This document shows positions 62,470 to 64,000 of a stretch of 64,000 nucleotides of DNA, one piece after another. Numbering within the stretch: position 1 is the first letter of the stretch; each line of letters starts with the position of its first letter. A program made the position numbers and the translations under genes. The stretch is taken from positions 248,001 to 312,000 of the forward strand of contig NW_026782205.1 in NCBI RefSeq assembly GCF_031769215.1, written 5' to 3'. This stretch comes from Ylistrum balloti. Taxonomy: Eukaryota. Below the pieces are notes generated by a model, which ran no database searches, was not told the origin of the DNA, and worked only from the letters and a program-made list of their open reading frames with translations.

Positions 62470-64000
62470 CTATATTTACCTGTGTTTTTTACCTTTGGTT
62501 ACCTGTGCTATTAGCCTATGTTGAAAAACTAATATCATATGAAATGACAGAATTCAAGTTTTACATACCTGTAAACTTACTTTATGTTAATACAACACAG
62601 AAAATTGTTAAAAAAGAAAATAATTTGTAATATTGTTTTATATTTAATTACCAATGTTTAGAATCAATAATTTTCATCCTATATTAATTTTTATTATTAT
62701 TATTATACCCACTGCTACCCACTCTTGGACAACAACCCACTACTTCCACATGCCAGATATGAGAGTGGAAGGACAGAAGGACAGAAGGATGGAAAGACAA
62801 AATGCAAAAACATAAACTATACATTGATTGAACTAATATCACTGATGATAAAAGAAAAATATTCATCCGTTTAATGTTCATTTAAATACATGATCATACT
62901 GATAGATGAAAAGACATCTGTTATATCAGGTACAAATTATCAGCATATCTCTAACTTTAATAGAGACTATTTATAGGTAAATCTCATACAGATTACCACT
63001 TACAGATAAATGTGACAGAATTAATACAGGGAACACCAATGGTTGGATCCCAAGTACAACACTGGTACAAGTGGATTATTCCTTATATTCTGACTGTGTG
63101 GTAAATCCCATGACACCAGTGATCTCAGTGACCAAACTTTGGTGATAACAGTGATTGGCTGGTCTAGAACAGCTTCTTCAAAACTGTTGAATGTTTTTAC
63201 AACACTAAAGTCATTCCAAAGACAACATTAAGTGGTGCTAAGATGTTCTGATGTGACATGACAATCCTGTTGTACTGTCAGCCAGGTGACAACAAAAGGT
63301 CATGGATTACCGAGCTCTTTAGAAAGAAGGTGTCTGCAACTATTACATAAACTATGGAAGTTATCCTGTTTGTCAAGACAGTGTACATCGATTGCCTGTA
63401 TATAGATAGGGGCTTATCAATACCCTACAACATGCTGGGTGTTAGTAGACTATAAAGGGGCTGAGAAATTAAGCAAAAAGAAATCCCAGGGTGTTATTGG
63501 TACCCATCATTGTGTAATCTTTATATATTCCTTTAAAGTTGGATCTTTCCCCCCATCCCCCACTTCTTTCCTCTGTTTTATGCCCTTGATTATATGAAAT
63601 TTAAAAACTCCTTTAAAGAAATAGTAATAATAATCTTAACTGAAAAATTCAAGATGGTTGCTTGCCAGCCATTTTCTTTTTTCTGATCAGTTCCAAAATC
63701 AAAAGGGCACAACTATGGAACCAAGTGGAATCTATATATGAAATTTGAGGAATCCAGTGTCTCTCAAGAAACAGCAATAATAAATGTTCAAAGTCAAAAT
63801 CAAAGAAGGTTGCCTGTCATGCATTTGGTTTTACTTATCAGTCCCAAAATCGTTTGGACACAACTAGGAACCAAGGGATCCCTACATATCAAATTTGAAA
63901 AAAAAACCCCAACTTTTCCAGAAATAGCGATAGCAAACTATTACTATCTAATCCAAGATGGCCACCTATCAGCCCTTTTTCTGATCAATCATACGATCAA

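Overview
Eukaryotic, AT-rich, intron-rich genomic DNA. The repeat landscape resembles a bivalve mollusc, which is an inference. Two convergent (tail-to-tail) genes fill the window. (1) The 3' part of ATG7 lies on the + strand: 9 coding exons from 1300 to the TGA at 17504-17506, with the catalytic Cys in [10 protein letters not shown]; its 5' exons are outside the window. (2) A complete novel protein kinase C of the delta/theta type (PRKCD-like) lies on the - strand: 16 coding exons from ATG 58743 to TGA 21212, 2064 nt, 687 aa, all introns GT-AG with consistent phases, domain order novel C2, pseudosubstrate RRRGAIKQ, C1A, C1B, hinge, kinase, C-tail. Introns hold about 20 distinct minisatellite arrays (roughly 12 kb, about 20% of the window), a decayed Tc1/mariner transposase, a decayed Penelope-like RT and many non-autonomous bivalve-type interspersed repeats. 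All long non-exonic ORFs in the track are tandem-repeat artefacts. The most notable observations are: tandem repeats that multiply real splice sites (a 15-copy 5' splice-site array at the kinase catalytic loop, and a 96-bp duplication of an ATG7 3' splice site); a core motif shared between separate arrays; a Tyr rather than Trp at the C1B DAG-affinity switch; an in-frame 67-codon extension after the ATG7 stop; and a 58-bp-stem hairpin. I found no firm evidence for a wholly new multi-gene system.
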